Made by a program: the position numbers and the translations under genes
From: the human T2T-CHM13v2.0 reference genome, Homo sapiens
Strand: one strand, 5' to 3'
Assembly: GCF_009914755.1 (NCBI RefSeq)
Contig: NC_060931.1
DNA: 64,000 bases
Shown: positions 12,293-25,994 of the stretch, one piece after another
Position numbering within the stretch: the stretch's first letter is position 1
How the letters are laid out: the number at the start of each line of letters is the position of its first letter
The notes under the pieces: generated by a model
Databases searched by the model: none
Told to the model about the DNA's origin: nothing
What the model saw: only the letters and a program-made list of their open reading frames with translations

Positions 12293-14043
12293 TGATTGTC
12301 AACAAAGGGAAGTGATCACAAGTCTCATGAAACCCCAATAATAGTGATTATCAGAAGAAAAACGTGAGTGAAAGCATTAAGGCAACTAAAACACACTGAA
12401 CAAAAAAAAAATGCAAAAATATGTGATATTTATAGAACATGAGAAGAATAGAATTGATTCAATTCCAATAATTCAATTATTAATTCTCAATATTAATGAG
12501 AGAAGATTCCATCAGAAGAGGGATGTTGGAGTCTTTCTGGTCCTTGTTTAGTCGTCTCTTCAGTGCAACTGTATGGTCTTCACAATGAAAACTATATATT
12601 GCAGTTTCCATTCATGTAAGGTTGTAAATATTAGTTAAACGACTTAGATATTCACAGGATAGACCCTTCTTATCTGAGGTTCTAAAATATTTAACCTAGC
12701 TAGAATTTTTGAGCTTATAAAAATAAAAGCTATTAAACTTTTGCATAGAAAACGACAATGAATTTTCTAGCTTATCAAATGCAGAATCATAATTACTAAA
12801 AATCATCACTCTAGAACTCCAAAGGTATGATAATTATCCCTTTGTCAAAATAATTATACAATTGCTAAGATGTGAACATGTCTTTTATATTCCACTGCGC
12901 AATATCTGGATTTCTATATTACTCTTAGGGACCCTGAATGTGCTTTAGAAAAAAAATAACTAAAAATATTTATCCTTTCATTTCTTATTGTGACTCTATT
13001 TCTAAAGAGAAAACTAACATAAATTCTTAATATCTAGGGTCTTAGAAGAAGCCAATTACTCTTTTGAAAATGTTTTTTTACATGTAGAGGAGTTTCTTAT
13101 TTTCTCACCAATTCTAGATGGCAATAATTACTAAACCACTAGGCAGAAGCTACTGGAAATGTTATACAGTAGTAATTACACAGATATCCTTAAATTTACT
13201 TATCTATAACCAATTTCTATTACTCTATTATGAATTACTTTCTCAGACCACCAAAATCATTCCACATATATTTCACTCAGCAATGGCTTTTCAACAATGA
13301 TTAGCCCATATGCGCCGTGCTTGGTTTAGCATTCCTTTCCATTTCTGTTCTTCATATCTTGGCAACTAACCTTAACTCCTTGACATGTGCAATTTACAAT
13401 CAGAACTACCTCAAATAAGCTGTTTCATTTAACATTAATGAAGAATGATGAAATTCAAGAAGTATAAAAACATCTCAAGACTCATTCTTTCTGTTTTCAG
13501 AAAACTATCAAAATACCAGCATGTAGTGTGATTATAATTTTTCTACTGCCATAATTGAAATTAACTCCCAAACAATAACAATCTCCAGACAGAAACATCA
13601 GGGCTAAAAGAAATCCTAACACTGATACGTAATGTTTTCCATACTGGATGGTAAAGCAGTTAAAATCAGTGCTGCAATGTTAGTGCTTGCATTCCACTTT
13701 TATGCAATAAATTATTACTCGTTTTGAACTTTAATGGTGATATACTTTGTTGTTTTTCTTGAATATCTACAATAGAAATGCCAATAAATTTGTGAATTTT
13801 TATCTGAACCCATTCATACTACAGGTAAAATATTCACAAACGCACAAACACGCACTCACATACATGAATGAAAACTATTCTATTAAGAAACAAAGAGAGA
13901 GTGAGGACACAAACCACATTTATAGCTGAAATTTTGAAATAATATACTATACATGAAAATTAAATAAAATCTCACTTCCATGCATTTCAAACACAATTAT
14001 TGCTCCTGATTTGGAAAAATTTGAACATTGACAGAAAAAACAG

Positions 14044-14138
14044 TTTCCTCCCACCAGGTCCATCCTACGACATTTGGAGATTATGGGAACTACAAATAAA
14101 GATCAGATTTTGATGGGGACACAGGCAAACCAAAGTGA
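14044..14138 (-). mobile_element. THE1 LTR fragment (5' ~95 bp)
   Basis: cctcccaccaggtcc...gattttgatggggacacaggcaaacca. Confidence 0.8.
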
Positions 14139-14651
14139 CTGACCTAAGTTACTTTGGAAATGAATGAAATCTGTAAAACTAAAGGCAAAAAATAAAAGAA
14201 AAAAAGATTACATAAGCACCAAACTATAATTCATAAAGTTGTTTTCCATAGTGATGTGGGTTAGAAATTCTGAAACTATTATATATGTATACTGGAATTA
14301 CACAATTAAATACATGGATGGCAGATGGTAAAAACTGGATTTTCATTTTTGGAGTGGGAGATTATAAGTTAAATGAAGAAAAGAGGCTAGAATGATCCAT
14401 GTAGTAATGGATTAGAGTTGGACACAGTATGAGCTCATGTTTAGCTTAATATAGATACAGAGGGTTACGTACAGAAATATTTATGGGTATGCAAATCTAC
14501 ATGGGTTAGTATGCACACATACATTTTCTTGCTCTGTCATCTGAAAAGGCCTAGGAGCAATGACACCCAGTAGCAACAAGCATATCCACTGACCAGATAG
14601 TTGTTTCTAATACTATTCTTCAATAAAAGCAGCAAAGGTTCTTAAAGAAAT

Positions 14652-15143
14652 TGTAACCAAACTTAGGTTCACCTGCTCAACATTCAAAAAGCCAGACACA
14701 TAAGAATCAAGGTTTAGGGGAAGGAAAACAAGTTTATTTAGGTGATAGCAGCTTGAGGGATGGCCAGATTCAAGTTTCAAAAAGCCATTTCAAATTTTCA
14801 GACTGCCTAAAGGGGTTTTAAGGAAAGGTGACATGGAAACTATGTGCAAGAGTGATGTGAGGTAAAGTCTGCTTGTTGTTTTCTGATGGCTGTTTTGGGT
14901 AATGGACCATCCAGAAGCCTGGCTGATATCATCTCTATGGGAGTCGGGTTATGAATTAACTGGACACCAATTTCTTCTTGCAAGGGAGAAAATTTCAACC
15001 GCCATCTCCACTTGGTTCCTAGATTGTTTCAAGATTGGACTTGGAAATTCTCAAGCAAACAGGTAGTTAGATGTATGTGTAGATACAAAGCAAGAGAAGG
15101 GTTACTTTTAGGGTAAACTAGCAAACTAGCTGTACTGGTTACA
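14652..15143 (-). mobile_element. ERV1 solo LTR (MER31/LOR1-like group)
   Basis: Inverted termini TGTAACC...GGTTACA, and tttatt (antisense polyA signal) near the left end. Family approximate. Confidence 0.75.
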
Positions 15144-15333
15144 CACTGGCTAAAAAATAATAATAATAACTTGAAGGTGGAGAAACCTAACAAAAATTGG
15201 TGTAGCCAGATGATCAAGGTCAATGCCAACAGTGATAAGTCATGTTGACTGTATGTACCCTTAATATGATGTGACAAAAGTGGCATTTTTCCTCTGTGGC
15301 CTTCCTCCCAAGGATCTATAACCCCAATCAGTC

Positions 15334-15963
15334 TGTTACTGGAAAGGGGTTCCAATCCGGATCCCAAGAGAGGGTTCTTGGATCTCCTGCAAGAAAGAAT
15401 TCAAGGCATATCTATATAGTAAAGTGAAAGCAAGTTTGTTAAGAAAGTAAAGAATAAAGAATGGCTACTCCATAGGCAGAGCAGTGGCATGAGCTGCTCA
15501 ACTAAGGATACTTATTGCCACTCTTGATTATATGATAAACAAGGAGTGGATTATGTATGTGTTTTCCAGGAAAGGGGTGGGCAGTTCCCAGAACTGAGGG
15601 TTCCTCTCATTTTTAGAGCATACAGGGCAACTTCCTAATGTTACCATGGCATGTAAACTGTCTTGGTGCTGGTGGGATTGTCTTTTAGCATGCTAATGAA
15701 TTATAATTCATGTAGAATGAGCAATTAGAATGACCAGAGGTTACTTTCATCGCCATCTTGGTTTGGGTGGGATTTGGCCAGCTTCCTTACCACATGCTAT
15801 TTTATCAGCTAGGTCTTTATGACCTGTATCTTGTGCAGACCTCCTGTCTCATTCTATGACTAAGAACACCTAACCTCCGGGGAATGCAGCCCAGTAGATC
15901 TCAGCCTTATTTTACCCAGCCTCTATACAACATGGAGTCACTCTGGTTAAAACGCTTCTGACA
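15334..15963 (-). mobile_element. MER41B solo LTR (ERV1)
   Basis: The minus strand reads tgtcagaagcgttttaaccagagtgactccatg...aacccctttccagtaaca, colinear with MER41B along its length. Confidence 0.93.
15564..15593. promoter_or_regulatory. Tandem GAS (STAT) motifs TTCCAGGAA (15564-15572) and TTCCCAGAA (15585-15593) in MER41B
   Basis: Both fit TTCNNNGAA at the position of the known MER41B tandem STAT1 sites. Activity is not shown by sequence alone. Confidence 0.6.
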
Positions 15964-16312
15964 TAACCATCAGAAAAACATCAGACAAATTCTAATTGAA
16001 GGGCATTCTACAAAATATATAACCAGTAATCCTCAGAACTATCAAGGTTTTCAAAAACAAGGAAAGCCTGAGAAACTGTCACTGCCAAGAAGAACTTAAA
16101 GAAACATGACAACATGACTTCAACATGTGAAGTCCTGGATAGAATCCTGGCACAGAAAAAGGACAGCAGATTAAAACTAAGTGAAATATGAATAAATAAT
16201 GGGATTTATTTAATAATACTCTATCAGTAATGGTGCATTGATTATAACAAATGTAGCACACTAATAATGTAAATGTTAGTAATGGGGGTGGAGATTGGGA
16301 CTGGGTGCAGCA

Positions 16313-16849
16313 TAAAGGAAATTAAAATATTTTACCCAAAAATATTTCCCTTTAACATATTTTGAAATGGCTGCCACTTGGCACACAAACAGAAGCAGCC
16401 TTGCAAAGCAGTCTTTTGTGGGGAAAATTTGCATCTGTGGAGAATCTTCATTAATGCAGCCATTCCTCCTCCCCTTTCTATGCCTTCCCTGATTCAGGAG
16501 AGATTGAGAGTCTGACACCTTTAAAAGTGTGAAAAGAAACATTTTCCATATATTCTCTCTAAGGAAGCCTTCGTCAACGTAACAAGGTCCACCTTTGCTA
16601 GCCAAGACTTTTCTCCCTCCACCCTTCCCATAACCTGTTTCACTACAGTCTAAGCCCTTATTCTTTCCAGAACCTCAAAATGGTATATAAATTTCTATAA
16701 TGCATTAGGAAACTGGATGTTTATTCTGAAGCCTCTTGTGTACACAAATTAAATAAATTTGTGTGCCTTTTATTCTATTCATCAATGTGCCTCATGTCAG
16801 TGATTTTTAGCAAACCTTTACGGGTCCAAGGGCCAATGGCCCCCAGACA
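16313..16849 (+). mobile_element. MER34-family solo LTR (ERV1)
   Basis: taaaggaaattaaaatattttacccaaaaatatttcc...aataaatttgtgtgcctttt...cccagaca. TSD agca/agta. Confidence 0.85.
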
Positions 16850-16914
16850 AGTATCCGAGAATTCTCTGTACTATCTCTTCGGTTTTTCTGTAAATCTAAA
16901 ACTGTTCTATAAAA

Positions 16915-17380
16915 TGTCAGGCCTCTGAGCCAAAGCTCAGCCATTATAACCTCTGTGACCTGCACACACACATCCAGGTGCCCTGCAGGAGCCAAGAAGT
17001 CTGGAGCAGCCAAAAAACCACAAAGTCAAACAGCCAGTTCCTCCCTTAACTGATTAGCCAAAATTACAACATTTTACCATTGTGACTTGTCCCTGCCCTA
17101 CCTTAGCTGATCAGTCAACTTTATGACATTCTTCTTCTGGACAGTAAGTCTTATGATCTTCCCACCATGTACCTTGTGACCCCCTCCTCCTCTAACAATA
17201 GATAGCCACCTTTTACCGTAATTTTCCATTACCTATCCAACTCCTATAAAACAACCTCTTCCCCATCTCCCTTCGCTGACTTTCTTTTCGGACTCAGCCC
17301 ACTTGCAGCCAAATGAATAAAAAGCTTTATTGCTCACACAAAGCCTGTTTGGTGGTCTCTTCACATGGACGTGCTTGACT
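16915..17380 (+). mobile_element. LTR7C (HERV-H family) solo LTR
   Basis: tgtcaggcctctgagcc...ctgcaggagccaagaagtctgg...gctcacacaaagcctgtttggtggtctcttcac. Perfect 5-bp TSD TAAAA. TATAAAA at 17245-17251 and AATAAA at 17316-17321. Confidence 0.92.
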
Positions 17381-17764
17381 TAAAATAAAGTTTATTTTTA
17401 AAATAGTAGCATTTGAGTATAAGCCTGATGGCATTCAAGGAGACAGTCATGCCTACATTTGGCATTAAGAATATTCCAAGAAGAGGAAGCAAATACAAAG
17501 AGGAACAGGCTTGATATATGTATTCACGTATGAGTTAACAGAAAGAGGACAGCACTGAGTGGTGTATACCCAAGGGAGAGTAATGAGAGATGCCATCAGG
17601 GTGGTAATTGGGGGTGGCTAGGTAATGAGGGACTTTATAAGTCATGATGAGGCTCTTGGATTTTATTCTGAAACAGGAAGCAATTGGGAAGTTTCCACAA
17701 AACAAGTTGTATGATTAGACTTAATTTTAACAGGACAATTGTGATTTGTGTTATGTGATTAGTC

Positions 17765-19592
17765 TTGGGATTCCAGTTCTGAGATGACTGCATGGGCTCC
17801 TACCAGCCAGACCTCACACAATTAACATCCCTAAATTTGAGAGGAAAAAAAAAAAAAAGCAGTAAAAAACTCTGAAGGTTTTGGAGCATGAATAAAATTA
17901 GGAACTTTCTGAAGAAGTATAAATACTTGTCAAAAGGGACAGAAAAGGGTGAGTTACCTCCTTTTGTGGCTTTGAGACAGGAATAATACAGGGTAGTTAC
18001 AGAAGAAGAAAATTCCGGGTAGCAATTTCACATGACTTGGCAAAAAGAAATTCTTGAAATAGCTGCATAAGCTAGGGGCCAATAAGACCCTGAAAAATAG
18101 GATATTGGCCCAGCCAGATAGGACAAAATATACCCAACAGGGTGCTGGATTTGGCCTGTTTCACCTACGACCTTGCTGTATGCTCATTAAACACTAAATC
18201 ACACACCCATCAGCTCCATGACATTTCTAAGAACACTCATATTTGGTGTAAAAATGGATGACACTACAGTTCTGAGAAATCTTCACCTTTTTTCTTCCAG
18301 AAATCTTCATGAATATTCCACCCCTTGGTTAAAGAAACCAGTAAAGATAGAAGCCCCAAGCCCCACTGCAAGCGACTCACTCTCTTGAGTTTGCCCACAC
18401 TGCCTTTTCTTGAGTGTGTACTTTTTGCTTTGCAATAAATCTTCATACTTTCACTATTTTCTGACTTGTCCTTGAGTTCCTTCTGACAATGGTGTCAAGA
18501 GCCTAGACACTGGCCAGGGTGGAGGTTATGCTGGCATTTGGGGACCTCCCCTAGCCCACTGGTATCAGCTTAAAGCTAGGTGCTATGAGAGAAAAAAAAT
18601 CCATACATATTCTTGCTAGATGAAAGAACTTGAGGATAGAGTTCAGGGAAAATATGGCCACTGAATAGTGTGAGAGTCTTCCTGAAAAGATCAGCTCCAA
18701 AGCTAGCCAACCATAAATTCTATATATAAACTGTGCCTAAATCTATCCTTGATCCCTGAGCAATACAAGTATAAGGCAGACTGCAAAGACACCAGTCAAA
18801 TTGATGGTATTTGCAGTTTGAGCCCATGCAAGTTAATTTCTTGCTAAAGTAAAATTATCAACTCCATTTGAAGGAATCCAATAGAATTCAAAGTTATGAA
18901 TATAAAACAATCTCAATGTCTCAGATACAATGCAAAATTACTCAACATATAAAGAGCCAAGAAGATGTGTCGCATTATCAAGAGACAAGCCTCAGGTGTT
19001 GGAATTAGCAAAGGAGTCTTTCAAGTAGCTATTTTAATTACACTGAATGAAAAAAAAAAGTATGCTTCCATGAATGAAAATATTTAAAATATTAGCAGAG
19101 AAATGAAAACTATGAAAAAGAACCAAATGGAAATGTGAGAATGAAAAAGTAAAATATATGAAATCAGCGAAGAGACAGATTATCTGAACAACTTTAGCAT
19201 ACACCTTAATCTATTGTTACTTGTAGAAAATTAAATTCATCAATCACAGAATATACATTGTTTTCAAGTGAATATAATTTATTCACCAAGATAGACCATA
19301 TCCTGGGCCATAAAACTAGTCTCAATAAAATGTAAAAGCATCTTAATATAAGGAGTACATTGTCTGGACACAATTTAGAAATCAGTAACAGTAAAATATC
19401 TAGAAAATATCAAATATACAAAATTAAATAATATGCTTCCAATTAAGTCATGTCAAAATACTACAAAAGCAATTCGAAAATACTTTGAGCTGAATGATAA
19501 GAATTTCACACGTCAAAAATCTGTGGGAGATTACATGAATAATGTTTAGCAGGAAATTTGTAGCTTTAAATGTTTGGATTAAAAAAGAGGGT
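17765..19592 (+). mobile_element. Ancient L1ME-type element: 5' region and ORF1 start joined by deletion to an ORF2 endonuclease remnant
   Basis: 19249-19332 translates EYTLFSSEYNLFTKIDHILGHKTSLNKM, the L1 endonuclease KIDHILGHK motif. ORF1-like aaaaagaaccaaatggaaat lies upstream. Confidence 0.8.
17973..18567 (+). mobile_element. MER41E-like solo LTR (ERV1)
   Basis: tgagacaggaataatacagggt...cccactggtatca. Perfect 4-bp TSD GCTT. TTCTAAGAA at 18225-18233 and TTCTGAGAA at 18270-18278. Confidence 0.88.
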
Positions 19593-19594
19593 TA

Positions 19595-19930
<336 letters not shown>

Positions 19931-20555
19931 TCAGGAATAAGGAGACCAATGTGGAGACTTCGCAATAATCTAGGCTAGATGCTTATGCTTTGGGAAAGTA
20001 ATATAACAATGGAGGTAGTAAGTAATGGTTGAATGAGAATCCGGGGATAAATGTTAAAGGTAGATCTAACACGACTGGTTTATTTGATGTGGGGTGAGAG
20101 GGATCATGAGGTATGACGGTATGACTCCAAGTGTTTTGCTCTCACATGTAAGTGTGTACATTAAATGAACCCTCCATAAAATGTAGAAATAAAGACATAT
20201 CTTTAAAATAATTGTGAATGTGGCTAATGACTTAACCAACCCAAAATCAGATTGATTTAAAGGATGGAGTTGTCATTAGCCAACACGGAGAGGACTGTGG
20301 CTGAAGCAGCCCTGAGGAAAAGCAGCAGTTCCTTCTTGGACAGGTCCAGTTGGAGATGCCTGTTTGATAGTTATGTGGAGATGGCAAGTAGTCAGTTGGA
20401 CACATGAGTCTGGGATAGGAGAATTACCAAGGGTTGTCAATTTTGGAATTATCAGCCCACAGATTGTAGTGTAAGTCAAGAGATTACATAATATCAGAAA
20501 GAGAGGACTGAAATAGGATTTTTTGGGGATTTTCTTTAATATATAAAAAGGAACA

Positions 20556-20894
20556 TGCTAAGCAAGTTGGCTCACTCATGCCTGTAATTACAATACTTTG
20601 GGAGGCTGAGATGAGAAGATCGCTTGAGGCCAGGAGCTTGAGCCCTCCAGCCTGATCAACAGAACAAGATCCCATCTCTACAAAAAAACAAAAACAAAAA
20701 CAAACAAACAAAAAACAGTCATAGTGGTGTGCATCTATAGTCCCAGATACTGAGGAAGACACAGCAGGAGGATTGCTTGAGCAGAGAAGCTGGAGGTTGC
20801 AGTGAACTGTGATGATAACACTGCACTCCTGCCTGGAAAACAGAGGGAGACCTTGTCTCAAACAAACAAACAAACACACAAAACAAAACCAAAA
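20556..20894 (+). mobile_element. AluJ (diverged)
   Basis: ggaggattgcttgagc; AAAC-rich linker and tail. Confidence 0.9.
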
Positions 20895-21269
20895 CATATT
20901 GGGCCCTTTAATGTTTACCAGATTAGGAAGAGAAAGAGGAAAAGAGGAACCAGAAGAGAAAGCTGAAGAGGGAGCAACCAGAGATATGGGAGGAAAACCA
21001 AGAGAATGACCTCCAAGTGAGCAAAGTCTTTCAAGGAGGAGGGTGTGATCAACACTCTCACCTTTATTTATTTGAAGTTGGAATTTTTAGGTATTAATAA
21101 ATATGTGATTAAAATTAGAGTAAATGAAAGTAAAAGTACATAGTAAAAGTATATAGATTTTAAGCCTATACAACGATGGGGCTCCAAAGAAGCAATTTGG
21201 TTAAATTTGGATTAAAAATGCAATTAAGCTAGTAATGAATGGAAGCAAAAGGTTTAAATATTTTTACAC

Positions 21270-21418
21270 TTTTAAAATTTTAATTTAGAAATAATTTTAA
21301 ACTTACAAGAAATTGCAAAACAAACAATATTATAAGGAACAATTGATTAACCTTTACTCAGATCTGCCTATTCTTAATATTTGATATCATATTCTTCATG
21401 ATACTCTGTGTGTATATG
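21270..21418 (-). mobile_element. L1MC/ME 3' end fragment
   Basis: ttagaaataattttaaacttacaagaaattgcaaaa...aacctttactcagat. Confidence 0.6.
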
Positions 21419-23134
21419 GGTAAATATATTATAGGGGAAGCGAATAAAACTATATATATTTTTTATTTGATGGAATTAACTGAATAAATACACAAATAAT
21501 TACTGTAAATTATAAGGATTTTAAAACTACTTACATTTTTGGCATACTTTTTAATTAACATGTTCTAAGAATTGATAAAAATGAGCATTGAAAAGGAAAT
21601 TGTTTAGATTTTTTCAAACTTTTTTTAAAAAAATCAATATTATTTTCACCATGATCAGAAATATAAAAATTTGGGTGACCTGATTTTGCTGGGATAATAA
21701 AAACAGAACTTTTCCTGTCACAGCACATTTTTTTTCTTTTCATAAATCTCTTCTTTTTACCACATGTGGAGAAAATGAGCAGTTAGGTGTTATATGACTT
21801 TAAAATGTCATTTTCTAGGTATTCCTAAGTCAACTACAATGATTAGGAATCCAGAATCTCATAAACTTTAAAATATAATAGTTTTAGTAAATTAGTGAAA
21901 AATCATCTCGTGCTTTTGCTTTCTATTCTGACACGCGACCACCTAAAACTAATAGTGAAAAAAAAAAAGAAAAACACCTGCTCAAATGTTTTTAGATTCG
22001 TATTTTCATAACAATTTTGATGACATAATTTTGTTCTACAATTAAATACAAGGTTATATATGTCTTACAATTCACCAGTTATTTGACACTAATTTATAAC
22101 CATAAATATTACCATTCTAATCAACTTTTCACACTATATTTATCCCATTTCTAAAGTAACTTAATTATTTGATTTTTAAACGTGTATATACAAAGTGTAC
22201 ACATATGTATATATATGTGACACATACATCAACTGTAAAACTGAAAATTATTCAAATATAAGCTTCTTTTTGAAAATCTTAATTTCATAAAAAACTGTTT
22301 CAAATCTGCATTTCTTTTTGAATAGAGCCTTAGTCTTAACATTTCTATCCCAGAACAAAGTACTATGTCAAACTGTATTACAAAATAAGTTTTTGCAATG
22401 AAGTCCTACAAATAATTTCAAGTTTTGCCTAACTTCTATTCCCCATAGCCCTCAACCCCACCTAGATCATAATTGTAAATCATACAATTATTTAAAACAA
22501 GTTGCAATTCAAGGGGAATACATTATTCAAAAGAGTACATTTAAAGTAATTTTCTAGAATCTCGTGGAATAAGGTTAGCTGGATAAATCATGTGTCTATA
22601 TTTAGCTTAGATTAAATTTTAAACAATTTTTTCTAACAATAGCTGTTACAGAATTTATAGTAAAAGAGGCATCTCACAGTATTCATGCAAAGGTATCTCA
22701 TTTGCTCTGCCTGAATTGTGCTTGGGGTCCTGTTTAACATTTTAAAATAAGTGAGATTCATCACCCATGGTCTAACTCTCCTTCTCAGGATGAATCCCCT
22801 CCAGCCATCTCAGCATTTCTAAGTGGCTTCAATCTGCATTTAACAGGTTTCTCATTTAGAAATGGAAGTATGAGAGCTATTATTGTGTTCACAATATAAA
22901 GGCTAATTATAATATATGATTACATTGATTATATCCTACAATAATTTTAAAGCCCCAAATATAAAAACCTGTCCTTTTAGAGCATCATCTTAATTAAGCA
23001 TATTCTGTTGCCTTCATAAAACTCTTCATAAAATTCTGTCGCCTCGTCTAAGAAACACAATAGCATAACTCTGGATGCTACTCAAATATTATTGCCATCT
23101 GTAAAGTTAAATAGTGACTTGAAAGTCAGATCAA

Positions 23135-23445
<311 letters not shown>

Positions 23446-25994
23446 TCAATCTTATTATAATATATAATTCTACAAAAATATCAGTCTGGAAGAATAAGCT
23501 TTATTTTTTAATTCATAAATTAGATAATGCTTCTACAAGGGCAAAAAGTTATATTGCTCTAAGTTTACAAACTTTTGAATTATTAAAATATAGCTTAAAA
23601 GACTGTTGAAGGACAAAAAAAAGTTTTTTTATTTTACTACAAAAGTGGAGTAGGGAAATCACTGTTTTTCTAATCAGGCTAAAAGCCACAGCAGGGACAA
23701 TAATTCAGGCAAGAGAGTTTATCTGAAGGAACAGCTCCCTGATTAGAGCACTAGTGATAAATCAACCACACCATGTTCTCCAGTGGAGCACCCTGTTTGA
23801 GCCACTCCAACAAATGGAAACCCCATTAGGCTTGAAGTGCTAGTGAATGGTACAATGAAAGGGAATTTAGTAATCTACAGAGGTTAAGGTGTATGCAAAT
23901 ATTTCATTTCTTTTTTCTTAAGCTTTTTAAAATAGTTTCTTTCTGGAAGTTTTCAACAAAGGATTTAAAGTTTATTCAAACACACCACAGTATTTGATTT
24001 TAAATATTTATAAAGTTATTGTTTTTAATATAGGTGATTGGCAGTACAAATCCTCATGCTTTGAACAGTTTTTTTCAAAAGAATCCAAATGGTCTTCTAA
24101 CAGGAAATGTAAAATTTATCATAGAAAAACTTTTTGCTGGGCTAAAAAAAAAAAGTCAGGCCATCCCTACACATTTAAATGAAAGTTAAAAATCAGGAAA
24201 TTAACCAGTTAGTTATCGCATCATTTCTCTGGAGGACTCTACTTTTTTTCCCCCAAACCTTCTTGACAAATTGTTTTATTTTGTATACACATGGCCAAGG
24301 AAGAAAAAAATGAGAAAAAACAAAAAGCTTTCTTTTTGTCACTTTGAGGTAGATTTTGTAAGAAACAAGGAGATGTATCTCAATTTATAGCCGTTTTTAT
24401 TATGAAATAAAGATGAAAATGACTCACTTAATTTTGATATTATAATAAAATGCTTGATATTGGCAATTGAGTTATTATTTTTCCCTAACAAAATTGTGTT
24501 TTAACTTCTCATCGATTTAAAGCTATCCATCAAGAATGAAGTCAAATTGTCAAATGTCGTGTTGCAGAGGAGATGCCCCTAAAAGAAGGTCTGATGTAAG
24601 ACCCTCCGCCCTCAACCATCTCTTCATCTACCTAATGCAGAACCCACAATTTTCATCATCGGCCTCACTCCTGACTCATGTCCTTAATGATACATGTATG
24701 ATTTAATTCAGAAAAGACAGAAGTGCTCAGGGTGAAATAAATGCTTGATAGAAATGTGGTTACTGTATTTATATATGAGAAAGTAAAGCTTTAAAAACTT
24801 GAAGTAAGACAGGAAATGAGAAAAGTTAATTTAGGGAAAGATGTACGCATAGGCAGCTCCTGGTCCATCAAAGACAGAATGAGAAAATTGGACACTGAAA
24901 GTGAAAATGGCAGGGTTATTAGAGGAGAAAATTTACACTGGAGATAAACTTTTCCTTCTTCAAAATGGCTGCAGTTTGCTTTCCACTGTATGAAGTAACA
25001 GTGAATTCATGACTGAATATAAATGAAAGCCCATTAGAAAGAACTGACAGTGACTTACTACAGACTATACTCCCCTATGATGGAAGCTTTGAACATAATT
25101 TCTTTTTTTTTCCAGCCTATCACTATAATCTTGTCATTCAGTTATCAATTTTGTTATTAAACAAGTTAGAAAATTAAAATCCAGAAACATTAAAACTTTA
25201 AATTTTTCACTTAGTAGGAGCAGATGCAGATCTTTCTGACTCCAAAGCCCATATATACATTTTAATATAATATGAAGATAGGCAACTGACTGCAGTGGAT
25301 ATATCAGTTTCTTCTTGCCCTGCATTAATTCTGTCATCTGATAATTGCAACTTAATTTTCTTTTGATGAATCCACCTCCTCATGCATGAGTTTTTGCAGC
25401 ACTTGTAGCATTCTCTAGCGTCCCTGAGTCAAGGTTGTGGTGTAAGGAGGGACACCACAGTGAGTGGTAACATAAAAAGGCAAAAATGTTGTCCTAGTTT
25501 GGATGCTAAATTGGGTAATAAATTCTAGTGTGGAATGAAATTCAAGATAATTGTCAGCTATGAGTAGGACTTAGAAGCCAAGCCAGCCTCAATGGTAACA
25601 AGGAGTACATGCAATAGTCTCTTCTAGAAGTTGTCCCTGCCTTGCTAGCGATCTTTCTAGGTTGTTTAGTTTCTAGGTCTATTAGGGAAGTTCATGAAAT
25701 AAATGCTTATTGGATGGACAGTATCACAATCCCTACAAGGACTATGGGCTCAGTTAGTGGTGTAAATCTCCCTAGAGGAGGTGCAAGACGGTGATGTGCA
25801 TAACAGAACAGGCTTTGAAATCAGTCTTTGAACTGGTTTCATGATGGGATAAAATTTGGGGGATATTTTTCTTAGGAAGTGATAAATATATTTTATATGC
25901 ATACAGAAGATAGGGAGTGAATATTTGTGGCCGAGTTTGAGCAGCATCGTATCTTATATTATCATTTGTAATTATTTGCTCTTATCTTCCCTGT

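Larger units (their letters stand above)
14139..17403 (+). mobile_element. L1MC3-like 3'UTR interrupted by four solo LTRs
   Basis: Colinear pieces at 14139-14651, 15144-15333, 15964-16312, 16850-16914 and 17381-17403 (ggcctaggagcaatgacacccagtagcaac; gaaaaacatcagacaaa; tctgtaaatctaaaactgttct...taaagtttatt). Confidence 0.85.

Noticed and set aside
18236-18246. CArG/SRF box in MER41E
   Set aside because: It reads tcatatttgg, not CC(A/T)6GG. The third GAS-position motif (ttccagaaa, ~18295) is also broken.
19249-19332. L1 endonuclease peptide as a functional ORF2
   Set aside because: Immediately followed by TAA and surrounded by indels; a fossil.
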